Below, piece after piece: positions 61,838-64,000 of a stretch of DNA of 64,000 bases. The position numbers and the translations under genes were made by a program. Origin of the DNA: Bugula neritina. Lineage: Eukaryota; Animalia; Bryozoa. Each line of letters starts with the position of its first letter. Position 1 is the stretch's first letter. The notes under the pieces are model-generated. The model worked only from the letters and a program-made list of their open reading frames with translations. It ran no database searches and was not told the DNA's origin. The stretch covers positions 16,646,633 through 16,710,632 of the forward strand of contig OZ037769.1 in assembly GCA_964035545.1 (NCBI GenBank), written 5' to 3'.

Positions 61838-64000
61838 TGCGTGCCGCTCGGCAACTAGTTATTCGAAAATCCCACCGCTGCCACCAATGTAGTAAACTGT
61901 GGGTTCTGAATGCAACTAGTGCCTACATGCTCTAGAAAGAATAAGCCAAGTATTTGAGTACAAATGAGGATAACCTTTATTGTATCAGATACAGCTTATG
62001 TGGTCCTACTACCAGCGAGCTCCAGTAGTAGTCTGAAGCTACACTGGAAACTCGCCTGCTTTTATACACAAGAATTCACATCTAGAATGTTCCAACAGAC
62101 AAAAGAAAGTTAAGCTTGACAGTAACAAAAGAAAAATAGACAAAGGAGAATGAATAATTCAATAGGCCAAGAATTTAGCTATAATAACAACCTATTGAAG
62201 GCATTCATAAAAGCTACACAAATTTCCAGTATCAGTATTAATGCAAAACGATGAAATAGCAAAAAGGGAAAATAACTCTGGAAATGCGTATTTAATGAAA
62301 ATTACATTATACTGAAAGCTTAATCACAATAATAAGGCATTAGAAAGCTAGCCCAACTTAGCTATAATTACAGCATTCAAAACGATACGCAACAGTAGTT
62401 ATAATACTGACTCACGCAGTTAAAAACTAATAGAGGGTGAAAATCCATTACAATATTCACTCAAGGCTAATTTCTAGAAACTCAATCTGCTGTTGAAACT
62501 TAATCATATTTTAACTTTGCTTCACTCTTTTTATTTTGAAGTTTAGCTTACACCAGCTTGTTTAACCTAATAATAGTTATAATCAAATGGGATCCAAGTT
62601 ACATTTACTCTTAACCTAATAACTAAAATAATACAATAATAAAACACACATATATACAAAGTTTGTCCATCAAGGGTATTTGGTCTTTGTAGCTTTATTT
62701 TTAATGTAGCTTTTTATTTTTATTTCCTTTAAGTGAACAAACCTATTTGATGCAATTATTTGGGTGGCTGGAAATGCAGAGTTTCGTATATTTACCAGGT
62801 AAAGGTTGGTAACAAGAGAGTCAATGTTGGGTATGTCTTCTATAAGACTAACCTCTGGCTGGATAACCCTGCCTTGAGGATCTCCATGATTGTGCTGATG
62901 GGCTTAGTGGGTGTGGCTCTCATAGCAGTACTAATCTACTGTTTGGTTAAGAAGTTCTACTTAAAAGAGAGGTTGGAGAAAACCTTGGAAGTTGACGCTG
63001 AAAACAATGGAGGCCATGCTAGATTCGCTAAACAGGGTGAGTAGAGGACTTCCGTGTGGAAGTGTAGCTCACAGTATTGAAGAGTAATCCTTACAGAGTA
63101 AATTGGTAAATTACTAACCAATTAAATGTTAAGTAAACTGTATTAAACAGAAACTTTGCTTTAATTGACCAATGGATGGGTTATTTTGATTTTTCCAGAC
63201 AATTCAAAGGAAATGGAGACTCTTGTTCCTCTCTTCAACAACCGAGAACTTGACGCTGAGATTCAAGCCAAAGTAAATCGCTGTAAAATACTATCTTCAA
63301 GGCTACATATAGGAAATCAGCTAGGGAAAGGTCATTTTGGACTTGTCTATAAAAGTCAATTAACTACACCAGCTGGAAATCTAAGAACTGTAGCTGTAAA
63401 AAGTATTAAAGGTTAGTATTTAAGTATTGAGTGATACACACTATTTATTATCGAATTTTTTGTATTATTAACTACTAGTTTTCAGTGAACTTTTAAATAG
63501 TATAAATAATATTATTCTCCAGTAATAATAATATTAAATAATTAGTTAATATAAGTTTCAATATTACATTTTGTAAATAATATTGTATAATTCTGTATTC
63601 ATATACTGCCCTGTAACGATTTAAACCCAGATATAGTGAATGTTAGTGAAGGGTGCATGTCTCTCATCCCATCGGTTTCTGTTCACCAGAGGATAAGGAA
63701 ATGACGTTTGCAGATTTGGAGAATTTCCTCTCGGAAGGCGTGTTGATGATTGACTTTAAACACGAGAATGTCCTTTCATTGGTCGGTGTAGTGTACGAGC
63801 CAGGTGAACGACCTTTGGTTGTCCTTCCTTACATGGAGAACGGTGACCTTTGCTCTTTTGTGAAGAAAGATGATTTGGTAAGGAAACCGTGTTCTGACTT
63901 TTGTGGAGGTCATCTGATGTCTAGTATATTGATAACAGCAGAAATCTGTAGATTTACTTACTTTTCTCAGCCTAAAAACTAGATTTACCGATGCGAAAAA

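Larger units (their letters stand above)
55105..62452 (-). mobile_element. Full-length young Ty3/Gypsy LTR retrotransposon C in copy 3 intron 14
   Basis: 565-bp LTRs 55105-55669 and 61888-62452, apparently identical; ATAT TSD; tRNA-Leu-type PBS 61869-61886; PPT ~55670-55682; empty site in copy 1 (~17670). Confidence 0.97.
41590..63877 (+). pseudogene. RTK copy 3: pseudogene (runs off the window end)
   Basis: Exons 41590-42159, 42321-42507, 43070-43239, 44179-44463 (+2 frameshift at ~44276, aactttAAattggcgga). Exons 5-13 are absent. Then exons 14-17: 54871-55086, 62799-63036, 63199-63411, 63690-63877. Confidence 0.85.

Noticed and set aside
55817-61892. Many + strand ORFs of 60-160 aa over element C
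   Set aside because: Antisense shadows of GC-rich gag/pol with no recognisable motifs.

Overview
Animal (invertebrate-looking, AT-rich, intron-containing) genomic DNA carrying a head-to-tail tandem array of three paralogous receptor tyrosine kinase genes on the + strand. Each has a MET/RON-family kinase, a TM helix and IPT/TIG domains. The MET Sema-PSI head is absent and is replaced by an usherin-like N-terminal module (Cys-rich leader, LamG-like, laminin-N, laminin-EGF). Copy 1 (1362-21397) assembles into a fully in-frame, about 1,506-aa CDS over 21 exons, plus a candidate furin-site microexon. Copy 2 (27297-39263) is modified: lost exon-6 acceptor, a GC donor and a frameshifted C-tail. Copy 3 (41590 to the window end) is a pseudogene with a frameshift and exons 5-13 missing. 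The introns are packed with transposons: three Ty3/Gypsy elements (one young with matching LTRs, two with an extra zinc-finger/coiled-coil ORF), several solo LTRs, LTR-like inserts carrying tRNA-like Pol III cassettes, three copies of a CAC-terminal 755-bp non-autonomous DNA transposon all nested in LTR elements, and other MITEs. All calls were made by eye without database searches.
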